Shown here in pieces: positions 6,451 to 16,220 of a stretch of DNA of 25,243 nucleotides (its first letter is position 1; every line of letters begins with the position of its first letter). Below the pieces are notes generated by a model, which had not been told where the DNA came from, ran no database searches, and was given only the letters and a program-made list of their open reading frames with translations. The stretch is from a virus (Duplodnaviria > Caudoviricetes). The stretch lies in the IMG/VR virus record IMGVR_UViG_3300031951_001115, positions 1 to 25,243 of that record. One strand, 5' to 3'. The position numbers and the translations under genes were made by a program.

Positions 6451-7454
6451 GATTAACAGAAAATCAGTTTGATGGTGGCGGGGATACACTTCCAGTTACA
6501 CCGCGTAAGCCTCTTGCACCATCACCTCTTGCAGCACAAGAAAGCGGAGCAATTGGCGCAGCATCTATGGCATCGCAAGCTAAAGCACAAGAACCAAAGC
6601 CTCTTGCACCATCAGCACTTGCAGCTCAGGAGAGCGGAGCAATTGGAGCAGCATCTATGGCTTCTCAGTCAGGCGCTTACAAAGAGCCTGGTAAAGGTGC
6701 AGGAATGAAAGTTGCAAAAGCAAAAGCTCCTGTTGATAAGAGCGGATATGATCGCAGCATTAAAGTCCCTCAAGCGACAGTTGATGCTGTTAAGAAAGAT
6801 GGAGCAAAAACTGCTGCCAACAAAGTTGCATACGGATCTCCAGGATATGTAGGAAGCACTTTGTCTCCTAACGCTCCTGTATCAAAAGAATACAAGGAAG
6901 CTACAAAGCGTGTTTATCCAAACGCAAAAGCTACATCTCCTGCCGCAGCATCTGGTGCGACTAACCCTAAGCAAGCAGGACCTGATGAAGCAAGAGCTGC
7001 CGCAACGGCTCCTAAAGCATCAGCTCCTAAGATGTACGGTGGAGCAGCAGCAGAAAAATATAAGGCAGAAAAGAATAAAGCAGCTCTTCCTCCCATTCTA
7101 CCTGGCGCACAAACCATGCCATTTAAGCCAGGATCATCATCCGGCAAAGTTGAAAAGATGCCACTTGTTCCAGGCGCAGGATCTGGCAAAGTTGAAAAGA
7201 TGCCATTTAAGCCTCTTCTCCCAACACCAAAGGCATCAGCAAAAACTGGTTCAAACCCAACTAAAGTTTCACAAGCTACAGTTGATGCTGTTAAGTCTCA
7301 AGGTAAGACAAAAGCGATTGCAAACGCTAAATCAAATGTAACTAACGCTGAGTACAAAGAAGCTGTAAAGCGTATATATCAATCACCAGCAAAGCCAAAG
7401 CCAAAGGCAAAGTCTGGCGGCGGTGGTGGAAAGACTTCAAAAGCAGTACTATAA
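6447..7454 (+). CDS. Ala/Lys/Pro-rich protein with internal duplications
   Basis: AAGGAG RBS. KPLAPS.LAAQESGAIGAASMASQ x2, SGKVEKMP x2 and KV.QATVDAVK..G...EYKEA.KR.Y x2. Confidence 0.8.
   Translation: MRLTENQFDGGGDTLPVTPRKPLAPSPLAAQESGAIGAASMASQAKAQEPKPLAPSALAAQESGAIGAASMASQSGAYKEPGKGAGMKVAKAKAPVDKSGYDRSIKVPQATVDAVKKDGAKTAANKVAYGSPGYVGSTLSPNAPVSKEYKEATKRVYPNAKATSPAAASGATNPKQAGPDEARAAATAPKASAPKMYGGAAAEKYKAEKNKAALPPILPGAQTMPFKPGSSSGKVEKMPLVPGAGSGKVEKMPFKPLLPTPKASAKTGSNPTKVSQATVDAVKSQGKTKAIANAKSNVTNAEYKEAVKRIYQSPAKPKPKAKSGGGGGKTSKAVL
6507..6668 (+). repeat. 72-bp in-frame direct repeat (90-bp period)
   Basis: AAGCCTCTTGCACCATCA... begins at 6507 and again at 6597. Confidence 0.85.
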
Positions 7455-7481
7455 ATATAATCAACTACAGAGGAGCCGGGA

Positions 7482-7706
7482 ATGACAATAGTTCAAGAGC
7501 AGACCCCGGTGAGGGTAACTGATCACCCGGCTCTTCTAGCAGTTGATCGTTGCGATAAATGTAACGCAGCAGCCATGGTTATTGCTAATTTTGTAAATGG
7601 TGAGCTTATGTTTTGTGGACACCACGCAATTGAACAAAAAATTAACTTAATGTCAAAGTGTGTATCAATCTTTGACCCAAATAATCTTTTATTTCCTGTA
7701 AACTAG
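7482..7706 (+). CDS. Actinobacterial small Cys/His protein (DUF7455-like)
   Basis: DRCDKCNAAA...GELMFCGHH motif; AGGAG RBS. Confidence 0.75.
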   Translation: MTIVQEQTPVRVTDHPALLAVDRCDKCNAAAMVIANFVNGELMFCGHHAIEQKINLMSKCVSIFDPNNLLFPVN

Positions 7707-7734
7707 TTACAACTAGTTCGGGAGAGGAACTTAA

Positions 7735-10536
7735 ATAATAGCTCTGCGTCTAATCGCAGTATTATCCCTCGCACTATTCCTATTCTTATTAGGTCAACAA
7801 TCCGCAAACGCAGAAGAAATTGCACCTACCACGGTGGTGGTGAGCCCTACCCCCACAACTTCCAGCGATCCCGTTCCAACTGTTGTCGTGACAGCTCCTG
7901 TCCAAGAGACCTCGACTGCAACTGTTTCAACGTCGTCTCCAACACCCGAACCTTCATCTTCAACGGCTCCGTCCCCTGAATCCACCCAACAATCCATCCA
8001 GACCCAAAGCTCGCCAACATCAGAAACATCACAACCATCTTCGACACCTACAGTCACCTCCGTTCAAGAAAAAATTGAGACAGCAACTGTAACACTAAAC
8101 ACTGCTGTATCTGCGGCAACTCCAGAGCAAATTTCTGCTGCGGCAACTCCAGTAGCGGAAGCCACCACAGCAATTCAAACTGCTGAGTCAGCTACAGTTG
8201 TAGCCGTAGCGGCTGTTCAAGCTGTGGACTCTCAGACCGCGGTGGTTGCTACCGCAACTACAGCTGTAGATTCTGCAACAGCAGTAGTGGCTACAGCTAC
8301 AACAGCGGTTGAATCTCAAACTGCGGTAGTGGCTACTGCAACAACTAATCTTACAAACGCTCAAAATACTTTGACCCAGCTTCAAAACACCCCATCAGAT
8401 AGCAAAACTTATACAACTTCTGGTTATGTAGCCCCAGTAGCCCCTGAAACACCAACAGTAACAACAACAACTTTGCCACCTATGTATGATGCTGCAACTA
8501 AAATTAACACACCATTTGATATCAAAATGGGCAACACAGTGTACGAAGGTCAAGGAACAGCTAGCCAGATCTACGTTACTTCTAAAGCAACTATTACATT
8601 TGGCACTGGCGACTTTAACTGGTGGGATTTCCCAGCAGGACCTCACATATCCGTCTTTGCTTCTGATTTTATGAGTGCTGGTCCTGGAGCAAGCATCACT
8701 GTTACAACTACTGAAACTACATTAGCGGTTGATTGGGACTTGCATAAATTTGGGGACAATAACAGCCCTCTTACTAACGTTAACTGGACAATGACAGTAA
8801 ACCCAACAACAGGTGAGTGGACAGGCGTTGGAACTGTTGCTGGCAATAAAACTGACTTGTATAACGGACCTCGTATTGGAGTTCGTGAAACTGCTGGTGC
8901 TCCAGTACAGCAAATGACTAATGTAACTAACGAAACTTTAACTGCTCAAATTACTGAGCAAACAGCTGTTGTAGCTGATAAGACAGAGGTTAAAACAGAA
9001 GCAGTTGCAACTTTAGCAACTCTTACAACAGCGAAGACAACAGCAGAGACAACGCTTGCAACAGCTCAGACCACACTAACAACAGAAACTCAAACATTAA
9101 CTACCCTCCAAACATCGGCTACTACAGCGATCACAACTGCTAATACTTTAGCTGACACAGCAACAGCTACAGTTGCTGTTGCAGTTGCCGCTATACAATC
9201 AGTAACACCAACGCCTTCAGTAGTAGTACCACCAACGACAGAACAATCAAACCCGGGATCAAACCAATCACAAACTTCGCCGCCGGATCAAAACTCTTCC
9301 AGTGGGGGCGAACAAAATACCCAATCACCAACCACGCCGGAATCGACCACAGGTGGAACGCAAAATCCTGAATCTTCACCTACTCCTCCTTCTCCTCAAC
9401 CAGAACCTACACCAACTCCAGTAGAACCTACAACTCCACCAATGGACCCGGTCCCAACAAATCCTGATCCTGCACCACAACCTGAGCCTGTTCCTGTGCC
9501 AAATCCTGTTGAACCTTCACCAGAGCCACAACCACAGCCTGAGCCTTTACCAGAGCCAACCCCAGAGCCTGAACCTGTTCCTGAGCCATCACCTTTACCT
9601 GATCCTGAGCCTTCTCAAGAAGAGCAACCTCAGCCCGAGCCTGAACCAGAGCCGCTTCCAGAGCCCGCACCTACTGAGCCCTCCACAGAAGAGCCAGAGA
9701 CACCCACAGAACCCCAACCAGAGCCGGTAGAGCCCGAAGAGCAACCCGTAGAGCCCGAGGCGCCTGTTGAGGAAGTTGATACACCCGAGGAATCAACACC
9801 AGAACCAGAGTCACCAGAGCCAGAGCAAGAAAATCCGTCCACAGAACCATTAGAACCTCCTATTGAAGAACAGGAGCCTAGCACACCTGAAGAGGAAGTC
9901 GCTAGTGCCGTAGAGGATGTTTTATCTGATGGCAAACTTTCTGCTTCTGATGCTGAAGCGGTTATGGATGCTTTAAATGCAGACGGAGAAGTTACAGTTG
10001 AAGAAGTAACCGCTCTTTCTGATGCCTTAGCTGCTGACGGTAAATTGACTACCGCTGAAAAAGAATTGGTTGCAGAAGCTCTTATTGAATCAGTAGCTCC
10101 TGGAGAAACACTTACAAAAGAACAGATCCAGGACGCTGGTATTGAGTATAAAGACCTTCCAGCAGAGACTCCTGTGGAGGTTAGGCAGGATGAAAACGGT
10201 AATGAAGTTATAATTACAGCAGACGTAGCTGCGGCTCTAGTTTTACTAGAGAACCCATCAGAATTAGTTGGCGCAATATTTAGCGACCCGGGGGAAGCAC
10301 TACAAGCACTTGGAAGTATCGGTGCGGATATGTCTCCTGAAGAACGTGAAGAAGCAACAGAAATGGTTGTTGCTGCTGTTGTTGCTGCTGGAGCTGCTAT
10401 GAACGCAGTTGGTGCAGCAGCCAGTGCTGCTAGTACCACTACCGGAGGATCTTCTTCTGGTGGCGGGGGAGGAAGTTCTGGTGGGGGAGGAGCCCCTTCT
10501 GGAGATTCAAAGGGAGTAAGGAGAAGAAAGCCTTGA
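7735..10536 (+). CDS. Large secreted/membrane-anchored Thr/Pro/Glu-rich surface protein
   Basis: The frame is open from 7735 and encodes a signal peptide ([24 protein letters not shown]|EE). It continues through a Thr/Ala helical region, a beta domain, a long PE-rich stalk, acidic repeats, a C-terminal hydrophobic helix and a basic RRRKP tail. Start codon uncertain (ORF track gives 7834). Confidence 0.8.
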   Translation: MIALRLIAVLSLALFLFLLGQQSANAEEIAPTTVVVSPTPTTSSDPVPTVVVTAPVQETSTATVSTSSPTPEPSSSTAPSPESTQQSIQTQSSPTSETSQPSSTPTVTSVQEKIETATVTLNTAVSAATPEQISAAATPVAEATTAIQTAESATVVAVAAVQAVDSQTAVVATATTAVDSATAVVATATTAVESQTAVVATATTNLTNAQNTLTQLQNTPSDSKTYTTSGYVAPVAPETPTVTTTTLPPMYDAATKINTPFDIKMGNTVYEGQGTASQIYVTSKATITFGTGDFNWWDFPAGPHISVFASDFMSAGPGASITVTTTETTLAVDWDLHKFGDNNSPLTNVNWTMTVNPTTGEWTGVGTVAGNKTDLYNGPRIGVRETAGAPVQQMTNVTNETLTAQITEQTAVVADKTEVKTEAVATLATLTTAKTTAETTLATAQTTLTTETQTLTTLQTSATTAITTANTLADTATATVAVAVAAIQSVTPTPSVVVPPTTEQSNPGSNQSQTSPPDQNSSSGGEQNTQSPTTPESTTGGTQNPESSPTPPSPQPEPTPTPVEPTTPPMDPVPTNPDPAPQPEPVPVPNPVEPSPEPQPQPEPLPEPTPEPEPVPEPSPLPDPEPSQEEQPQPEPEPEPLPEPAPTEPSTEEPETPTEPQPEPVEPEEQPVEPEAPVEEVDTPEESTPEPESPEPEQENPSTEPLEPPIEEQEPSTPEEEVASAVEDVLSDGKLSASDAEAVMDALNADGEVTVEEVTALSDALAADGKLTTAEKELVAEALIESVAPGETLTKEQIQDAGIEYKDLPAETPVEVRQDENGNEVIITADVAAALVLLENPSELVGAIFSDPGEALQALGSIGADMSPEEREEATEMVVAAVVAAGAAMNAVGAAASAASTTTGGSSSGGGGGSSGGGGAPSGDSKGVRRRKP

Positions 10537-10703
10537 AAGTAATTAGAGACATGATTGACCAGCTATGGACACTGCTTGGCATGTTCATTGCGTGGGTAGT
10601 ACTTGATGGATCTGCTAAGACCGTTGTGGGGTACGCAATTATTGGAACGTTAATTGCCTGGGCTGTTACTTATCCACTACGTAACCCAAAGGAAGAAGAT
10701 TAA
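10533..10703 (+). CDS. Small two-TM membrane protein (56 aa, not in ORF track)
   Basis: [56 protein letters not shown]; TTGA overlap; AAGGAG RBS. Confidence 0.75.
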   Translation: MKVIRDMIDQLWTLLGMFIAWVVLDGSAKTVVGYAIIGTLIAWAVTYPLRNPKEED

Positions 10704-10704
10704 T

Positions 10705-11106
10705 ATGAAATCGCTTGGAAACATTTTACTTAGAATTATCGCTACCTTTGCGGCTAGCGGTCTTTCTGTTATCGGTGCTGGTGCTATTGCTGGCGTTGAC
10801 ACTATTACAGCAGTTACTGTAGCTGGTCTAACAGCTGTTGCAACCGTTGTTGAAAAACTAGCTCGTGGTTTTATGAACGATGGAAAGCTAGATCTTGACG
10901 AGATTAACGCTGCATTTGCTGCTGTTGATACTAAAGCAAAGAGCGAATCTGATCTAAAAGTTGAAGCTAAGCAGAACGGTACAGATATTGTAATCAGCGC
11001 TGCTGGTGCGGTTTCATACGCAGCTACAACTAAACCAGATGGACAGGTTCCAGAAGAACAACCTGTAGATCTTGAATGGGATAAAGAGGAGCAAACTAAT
11101 GGCTGA
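10705..11106 (+). CDS. Membrane protein, holin-like
   Basis: Start ATG 10705 after AAGGA; two N-terminal hydrophobic segments; immediately upstream of the CHAP lysin. Confidence 0.65.
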   Translation: MKSLGNILLRIIATFAASGLSVIGAGAIAGVDTITAVTVAGLTAVATVVEKLARGFMNDGKLDLDEINAAFAAVDTKAKSESDLKVEAKQNGTDIVISAAGAVSYAATTKPDGQVPEEQPVDLEWDKEEQTNG

Positions 11107-11656
11107 TCAAGGTACAGCAGCCCGTCTTATTGAGGTTGCTTCAGCAGAGCTAGGAACTATTGAAGGTCCTAAAGATAACGAAACAAAGTACGGCGCTTAC
11201 ACAAAGGCTAACTTTCAGCCATGGTGTGGGTCTTTTGTCAACTGGTGCGCTAACGAAGCTGGAGTAAAGGTACCTAATACCGTTTACACACCAGGTGGTG
11301 CAGCAGCATTTAAGAAAGCTGGCGCATGGATTGACGGAGACGTTGCTGATCCAGATGCTGGAGATATTGCCTATTTTGATTTCCCATCAGATGGCGTCGA
11401 TAGAATTTCTCACGTAGGGATTGTTATCAAGGACAACGGAGATGGAACTGTCTGGTGTATCGAAGGAAACACTAGCCCAGATGAAAAGGGAAGCCAGCGA
11501 AATGGCGGCCAAGTTTCAAAAAAGCTTCGTGCTTATAAGAAGAATCCACGGAAGGTCCAAATCTCTATTGTTGGTTTTGGTCGTCCAAAGTTTAAAGGAG
11601 CTGCTGCGGCAGCCCCAGCCGCTCCAGTAGCTAAGTGTCCTACCTGCGGTAAGTAA
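11099..11656 (+). CDS. CHAP-domain peptidoglycan hydrolase (endolysin)
   Basis: TKYG...QPWCGSFVNW (catalytic Cys), GDIAYFDF, SHVGIV (catalytic His), IEGNT, GFGRP; GAGGAG RBS. Confidence 0.88.
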   Translation: MADQGTAARLIEVASAELGTIEGPKDNETKYGAYTKANFQPWCGSFVNWCANEAGVKVPNTVYTPGGAAAFKKAGAWIDGDVADPDAGDIAYFDFPSDGVDRISHVGIVIKDNGDGTVWCIEGNTSPDEKGSQRNGGQVSKKLRAYKKNPRKVQISIVGFGRPKFKGAAAAAPAAPVAKCPTCGK

Positions 11657-11751
11657 TGTACTACCTGACTCACATCACATTCCAGGGGGTGTTTATCGCA
11701 ACTTTGCTTGCGGTGACACTCCTTGGGTGTTGGTGGGCGGATCGTGACTGA
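11656..11751 (+). CDS. Tiny single-TM protein (31 aa)
   Basis: MYYLTHITFQGVFIATLLAVTLLGCWWADRD; TAATG coupling to the lysin. Confidence 0.55.
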   Translation: MYYLTHITFQGVFIATLLAVTLLGCWWADRD

Positions 11752-11872
11752 CGCAGAGCGATTAAAGCGCTGGACTTGCGATATTTGCGGTCGCAGGTTT
11801 GTAGTACCTGATTTAGCAAGAATGTGCGAGCAAAAGCACTTAGACTTGGAATATGAGCCAAGCCGTAGCTAA
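11744..11872 (+). CDS. Tiny C2HC/C2H2-like Zn-finger protein (42 aa)
   Basis: MTDAERLKRWTCDICGRRFVVPDLARMCEQKH...: C-x2-C-x3-F-x8-C-x3-H. Confidence 0.55.
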   Translation: MTDAERLKRWTCDICGRRFVVPDLARMCEQKHLDLEYEPSRS

Positions 11873-12314
11873 TGCCAAACAATTTGGTGCCAGCACCAAA
11901 AGTACTGGAAACATTAAAAAACTTGTTGGTAACACCGCAGCAAAGAATTTTGTTACTCCAAAAATAGCCGATAAGCACGGCAATGATGAGAAAAACCCTT
12001 ACGTTAGTCCTGCAACATTAAGGGCACAAAAGAAACAATACAAAAAAAATATTGAAGATGCTAGAGCTGGCAAGTTTGACAAAGTTACAGGTACTGGAGG
12101 ACCGGGACCTGAAAGAGATATTGTTTACGGAGAAGTGGTTGAGAACCCACCTCTTGGAGATAATCGTCTTCCTGGCCCAGAACCAGAAATTATTGATGCA
12201 GAGATTGTAGAACCAAAAGCTATTACGCAGGGTCCTCGAATGATTACTAGCGAAAGAGTGAATGGACCACAACCTGTTCCTATTGAACCAGGGCGTCAAT
12301 GGTCAAATGGCTAA
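11853..12314 (+). CDS. Hypothetical protein, probably leaderless
   Basis: TTTAGCAAGA-N19-TAGACT-N6-ATG; 153 aa. Confidence 0.75.
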   Translation: MSQAVANAKQFGASTKSTGNIKKLVGNTAAKNFVTPKIADKHGNDEKNPYVSPATLRAQKKQYKKNIEDARAGKFDKVTGTGGPGPERDIVYGEVVENPPLGDNRLPGPEPEIIDAEIVEPKAITQGPRMITSERVNGPQPVPIEPGRQWSNG

Positions 12315-12501
12315 AAAGAAAAAAGCAGCATCTAAACTAAAGTACGGTTTTGAAAACGTTGCTCCAGACAGAGCTGCCGGTTTAGCTAAAGAAGCTAGTA
12401 AGACTAGAGCCGGACGTGATGGACTTACTCGTGTTCAAAACTATAAGCCAACTAGAGGGGCCGAGACTATGGCTCGTCAGTGGAACAGATGGTCTCCATG
12501 A
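12307..12501 (+). CDS. Small basic hypothetical protein
   Basis: MAKKKKAASKLKYG...; overlaps both neighbours by a few nt. Confidence 0.6.
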   Translation: MAKKKKAASKLKYGFENVAPDRAAGLAKEASKTRAGRDGLTRVQNYKPTRGAETMARQWNRWSP

Positions 12502-12659
12502 GCAAAAAGAAAGAGTTTGAAAACGCGGTATCTAAGCCAATTGTTGTAAACGACTCTAGGTTTGGTATTAGACGTTTATTTTTAACAAAACAAGAAAGAC
12601 CACGCATTGGAACATACATGAATCCAGGCAGAGGCCCAAACGGAGAATCTCAAAACTAA
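12498..12659 (+). CDS. Small basic hypothetical protein (53 aa, not in ORF track)
   Basis: MSKKKEFENAVSKPIVVNDSRFGIRRLFLTKQERPRIGTYMNPGRGPNGESQN; ATGA overlap. Confidence 0.6.
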   Translation: MSKKKEFENAVSKPIVVNDSRFGIRRLFLTKQERPRIGTYMNPGRGPNGESQN

Positions 12660-12662
12660 TCG

Positions 12663-12697
12663 TTTAGGCGGAAAAACCCGAGCAATTACCCTACCTT
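12663..12697 (+). promoter_or_regulatory. Candidate late promoter
   Basis: TTTAGGCGGA-N19-TACCTT in the intergenic gap before the fibre genes. Confidence 0.45.
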
Positions 12698-12722
12698 AGT
12701 ACTTAGCATTGAAAGGATCGCC

Positions 12723-13865
12723 GTGGCCACATATCCGTCCCAGATCAAGACTTTTGTTAATAAGTCTAACGTCGTAGACCTAATTGACGCATCTCACCCA
12801 AACTTACTTCAGGATGAAGTTAGTGCTATCCAAACAGTTATTGGTACTAACCCAGCCCGCTCTACTACGGTAACTTCAAGCGATACCTTTATCTCAACAC
12901 AAACAGATTTTGACAATGTAAAGCTACGCCTAGCTAATATTGAAAAGGGTATTGTGGCTGACACCCACTCCCAATACATTAAAAAGACTAGCGATGGCAG
13001 TAACGTCGTTATTCCTACAAACTCTACTACTAAGGGCGTTACGATCCGCGGAGTTCAGGGTCAGACTGCAAATCTACAAGAATGGCAGCAAACAGTAGCT
13101 GTAACCAACGTAGTGGCGGCTGGTGGCGGTGTTACTTTTACCGCAAACAACAATTTTGTTATTGGACAACGAGTTACCACTACAGGTATCACACCAGGTT
13201 CGTATAACCTAACAGACCAAATAATTACTGACGCAACCCCAACTAACTTTGTAATTACTAACGGAGCTACAGGAACCTTTGTTTCTGGTGGATCTGCTAC
13301 CTCTACAGTATCTTACGTAGATAGCACAGCTACTTTGGTTGGATACGCAAAGACTAGCGCGTTTACAGCTAAGGGTGATCTTGCTGTTGCAAGTGGACCT
13401 TTAACTTTAAGTAAACTTTCTGTGGGCGCAAACGGAACTTATTTAGTTGCAGACTCAACAGCGCCAAACGGAATTAAATGGTTAGAGATTACTCCTATTA
13501 CTGAAACTGGTGGGGCAACTTTAAGCAACAAAGTTTTAACATCACCACAGATTAATCTTGGAATTAACCCAATTACAACAACAGCGTATGAACCAGAATT
13601 AACAGACAACGGTAAACTTACAACTCTTGCTAACGCTGCTGCCATTGGTGTTACTATCCCACTTAATGCTACAAAAGCATTTCCAATTGGAGCACAGCTT
13701 CACTTTGCACAAATTGATGACGGAACCGTGACTTTTGTACCAGCAACTAACGCTGTAATTATTGGAGCTACTCCAGGTTATAAGCTTCGTACTAAGTGGT
13801 CAACAGCAACTCTTACTAAAATTGCTACTAACACTTGGATTCTTGTCGGCGATTTGAAGATCTAA
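12723..13865 (+). CDS. Tail fibre/virion structural protein
   Basis: AAGGA RBS; Thr/Gly/Val-rich beta modules; AKGDL...GANGTYLVADS fibre repeat; C-terminal IPLNA..AFPIG...TKIATNTWILVGDL module typical of phage fibre tips. Confidence 0.7.
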   Translation: MATYPSQIKTFVNKSNVVDLIDASHPNLLQDEVSAIQTVIGTNPARSTTVTSSDTFISTQTDFDNVKLRLANIEKGIVADTHSQYIKKTSDGSNVVIPTNSTTKGVTIRGVQGQTANLQEWQQTVAVTNVVAAGGGVTFTANNNFVIGQRVTTTGITPGSYNLTDQIITDATPTNFVITNGATGTFVSGGSATSTVSYVDSTATLVGYAKTSAFTAKGDLAVASGPLTLSKLSVGANGTYLVADSTAPNGIKWLEITPITETGGATLSNKVLTSPQINLGINPITTTAYEPELTDNGKLTTLANAAAIGVTIPLNATKAFPIGAQLHFAQIDDGTVTFVPATNAVIIGATPGYKLRTKWSTATLTKIATNTWILVGDLKI

Positions 13866-13866
13866 C

Positions 13867-15963
13867 ATGCCAGTCTTAGGTATTGTACACGGTACTAAGA
13901 TTGGCCCAAATTCACCAACAGTAACCTCTGTAACCGACGTAGGAATAAACAGAGAATATGACAATGGTGCGGTCGATGTTGCGTTTAGCTTACCAGCTGT
14001 TAATACTGCCGTTTCTTACAAAGTAGTCTCTAGCAATGGACAAGTAGCTACTGGCAACTCATCACCTATTCGTGTTCAAAATTTACCAACAGGTATTAAC
14101 ACTACATTTACAGTGTTTGGAATTAATGATATTACTATTGAAGGCCCACCTTCAGCTGTTTCATCAGGTGTAACTGTCACCACTGTTCCATTTAAACCAA
14201 CAATGGGAGTTGCAACTCCAGGTAATGGCCAAGCTTTTGTTGTCTTTAGTATATTAAACTCTGGTGGAAAGCCCGTTATTTCTTATGCCGTAACCGGATC
14301 CCCTGCTGGAACAGCTACAGATACCGGCTCACCAATTACAGTACCTAATTTAAATAATGATGTCCCACACGCATTTACTGTTGTTGCTATAAATGCAAAC
14401 GGTCCTTCTCTACCAAGTAACCCTTCAAACCTAACTGTACCTTCTACAGGTAGCGGCGGAGTGCCTGCTGGAACTTATTACTGCTATAGCTCAGATTGTT
14501 TTACATCTGATGGTACAAATTTTGCTTATCTTCAAGCTCCAATCTTTACATCAGTATCTCCTTCTGATCAGTCTTCACTTACAAACTACTCGGGTGGTTT
14601 TGGGTTTGCTCGTGGTACTCGCGTTACTTACTGTAACACTGTGGAAAACACCGCTCGGATTGGAGCTCAACAATCTATTTGTCAAGCTAATTATGTAGAG
14701 CCGGACCCACCACCACCATGTGACCCTACCGAATACACAAGTGAATGTGGACCTTACACAGCCGGCCCTCAAGTAGATGGGTGCTCTCCAACATCAGCTA
14801 ACTACGGCTACACAATTACAGAGACCGCTACAAAAACTAGAACTATCTATGATTGCAACGGTATTATTATTCAAACATCTGTTCTAACTTGTACTAGAAG
14901 CACTTTTACAACAACAGTTGTAAATGATCCGCGCTGCCCTGGATATGTAGCCCAAAGAGTTAGCTCCGGCGTAACAAGTAGTGGAAATACAAATACAGCT
15001 GTATCTTCTGGAACTACCTCTGGAACTACCTCTGGAACTACAGCTACAACAGCTTCAGGTACCCTTGTTCGAGATCCAAATGGAGCTGGTTATACGGACC
15101 CAAATACTGGGGTGACTTCAACTTGGTATTCAACAGTTGATGCTGACGGAAATACTCAACTTTATCTTCTTGAAGAAACTGCGCCTGGTGTAGTAGATCC
15201 TAATGCAACAGCAAACCAAGAGCCTATAGTTATTGAAAAAGGTGCTTTTGATTACTGGTCTGATCCAAACGCTCAATGGAATTTTAATTGGGATGGTGGT
15301 CTTGGGGGGTCTCTTAGTGATTCATTTGCTGTAAACATTGACTATGACGCATTAGCTGCCCTTAACGCATCTTATGAACAACCAACTACATCAGAGCCAA
15401 CAGTTGATTATGGAACAGGCGGTTCAGTTACAGACTCTGCTGCTAGTGGTGGCGGTGGTGGAGGTGGTTGCTTTACCTACGGTACATCAATTTTAATGGC
15501 TGATGGGTCTATTAAGTTAATTCAAGATGTTAAAAAAGGCGATGTCCTAAAGTCTATGAAATTAACAGATTTCCCTCATGGCGATGACCCAAGTGCTTGG
15601 TATCCAAAATCAATGTGGAGCTCAGAGGATGAAGATGAGTTTGAGGTAGTTAGCTCTGTAGTAACTCACGTAAAACATAGCCAAACTCTAAATTACTTCA
15701 TAATTAATGATAAGTACAAAGTTACTTACGAGCACTATGTCCTTATTAAGCGGGCCGGGTTATGGCAAATGGAGCGCGTAGATAACCTACTAGTTGGAGA
15801 TTTATTTATAGCTCCAGACTCAACCACTATTGAAATTACCTCAATTAAGAACTTAAATGAGAAAATTTGGGTTGTAGACATAGACGTTGAAGATAATGAC
15901 TTCTACTTTGCCGATGGTATACTTGTACACAACTACAAGTACTACGGAAACTTTGTTCTTTAA
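13867..15963 (+). CDS. FN3-repeat, Cys-rich virion protein with C-terminal Hint (intein-like) domain
   Basis: Two FN3-like modules (SPIRVQNL..G..TFTVFGIN; SPITVPNL...HAFTVVAINANGPS.PS.PSN), a Cys-rich middle, a poly-Gly linker, then CFTYGTSILMADG...VTYEH...FYFADGILVHN. Confidence 0.85.
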   Translation: MPVLGIVHGTKIGPNSPTVTSVTDVGINREYDNGAVDVAFSLPAVNTAVSYKVVSSNGQVATGNSSPIRVQNLPTGINTTFTVFGINDITIEGPPSAVSSGVTVTTVPFKPTMGVATPGNGQAFVVFSILNSGGKPVISYAVTGSPAGTATDTGSPITVPNLNNDVPHAFTVVAINANGPSLPSNPSNLTVPSTGSGGVPAGTYYCYSSDCFTSDGTNFAYLQAPIFTSVSPSDQSSLTNYSGGFGFARGTRVTYCNTVENTARIGAQQSICQANYVEPDPPPPCDPTEYTSECGPYTAGPQVDGCSPTSANYGYTITETATKTRTIYDCNGIIIQTSVLTCTRSTFTTTVVNDPRCPGYVAQRVSSGVTSSGNTNTAVSSGTTSGTTSGTTATTASGTLVRDPNGAGYTDPNTGVTSTWYSTVDADGNTQLYLLEETAPGVVDPNATANQEPIVIEKGAFDYWSDPNAQWNFNWDGGLGGSLSDSFAVNIDYDALAALNASYEQPTTSEPTVDYGTGGSVTDSAASGGGGGGGCFTYGTSILMADGSIKLIQDVKKGDVLKSMKLTDFPHGDDPSAWYPKSMWSSEDEDEFEVVSSVVTHVKHSQTLNYFIINDKYKVTYEHYVLIKRAGLWQMERVDNLLVGDLFIAPDSTTIEITSIKNLNEKIWVVDIDVEDNDFYFADGILVHNYKYYGNFVL
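15469..15933 (+). other. Hint autoprocessing domain (155 aa, no homing endonuclease)
   Basis: Block A Cys1, block B TxxH, block F DIDVED..F and terminal His-Asn; the +1 residue is Tyr. Confidence 0.85.
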
Positions 15964-15983
15964 AATAAGGTACAGTACGCTCT

Positions 15984-16220
15984 ATGACAGACCCTTATTC
16001 TCGCCCAGCTAGGCCCTGGGACCTATATAACAAAAACCTAGGTCGAGTGGCTGAAACAGTCGCTAAGGAGCGCCTAGAGCTTTGTAAGGCCTGTCCTAAC
16101 TATATTGCCCTAACCCATCAATGCACCAAGTGCGGTTGCTTTATGGACGCTAAAACAAAGCTTCCTAATGCGGTCTGCCCTATTGGCAAGTGGGATCAAG
16201 TATTGGTTGGATATAAATGA
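15984..16220 (+). CDS. Cys-rich small protein (DUF6171-like)
   Basis: RLELCKACP...QCTKCGCFM..KTKL....CPIGKW; TACAGT 7 nt upstream suggests a leaderless start. Confidence 0.75.
   Translation: MTDPYSRPARPWDLYNKNLGRVAETVAKERLELCKACPNYIALTHQCTKCGCFMDAKTKLPNAVCPIGKWDQVLVGYK

Noticed and set aside
4399-10439. Long antisense and alternate-frame ORFs (e.g. 4945..5430, 5521..5886, 9630..10439 minus; Gln/Leu-rich plus-strand ORFs)
   Set aside because: Shadows of low-complexity Pro/Ala/Thr-rich genes with biased codons; no RBS or domain signal.
15007-15042. TCTGGAACTACC x3 repeat as a regulatory or DGR element
   Set aside because: In-frame SGTT linker repeat; no reverse transcriptase or adenine-specific variable repeat pair in the window.
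15469-15933. Mobile splicing intein with homing endonuclease
   Set aside because: Only 155 aa, no LAGLIDADG motifs, +1 residue is Tyr, and it sits at the protein end rather than in a conserved enzyme motif.
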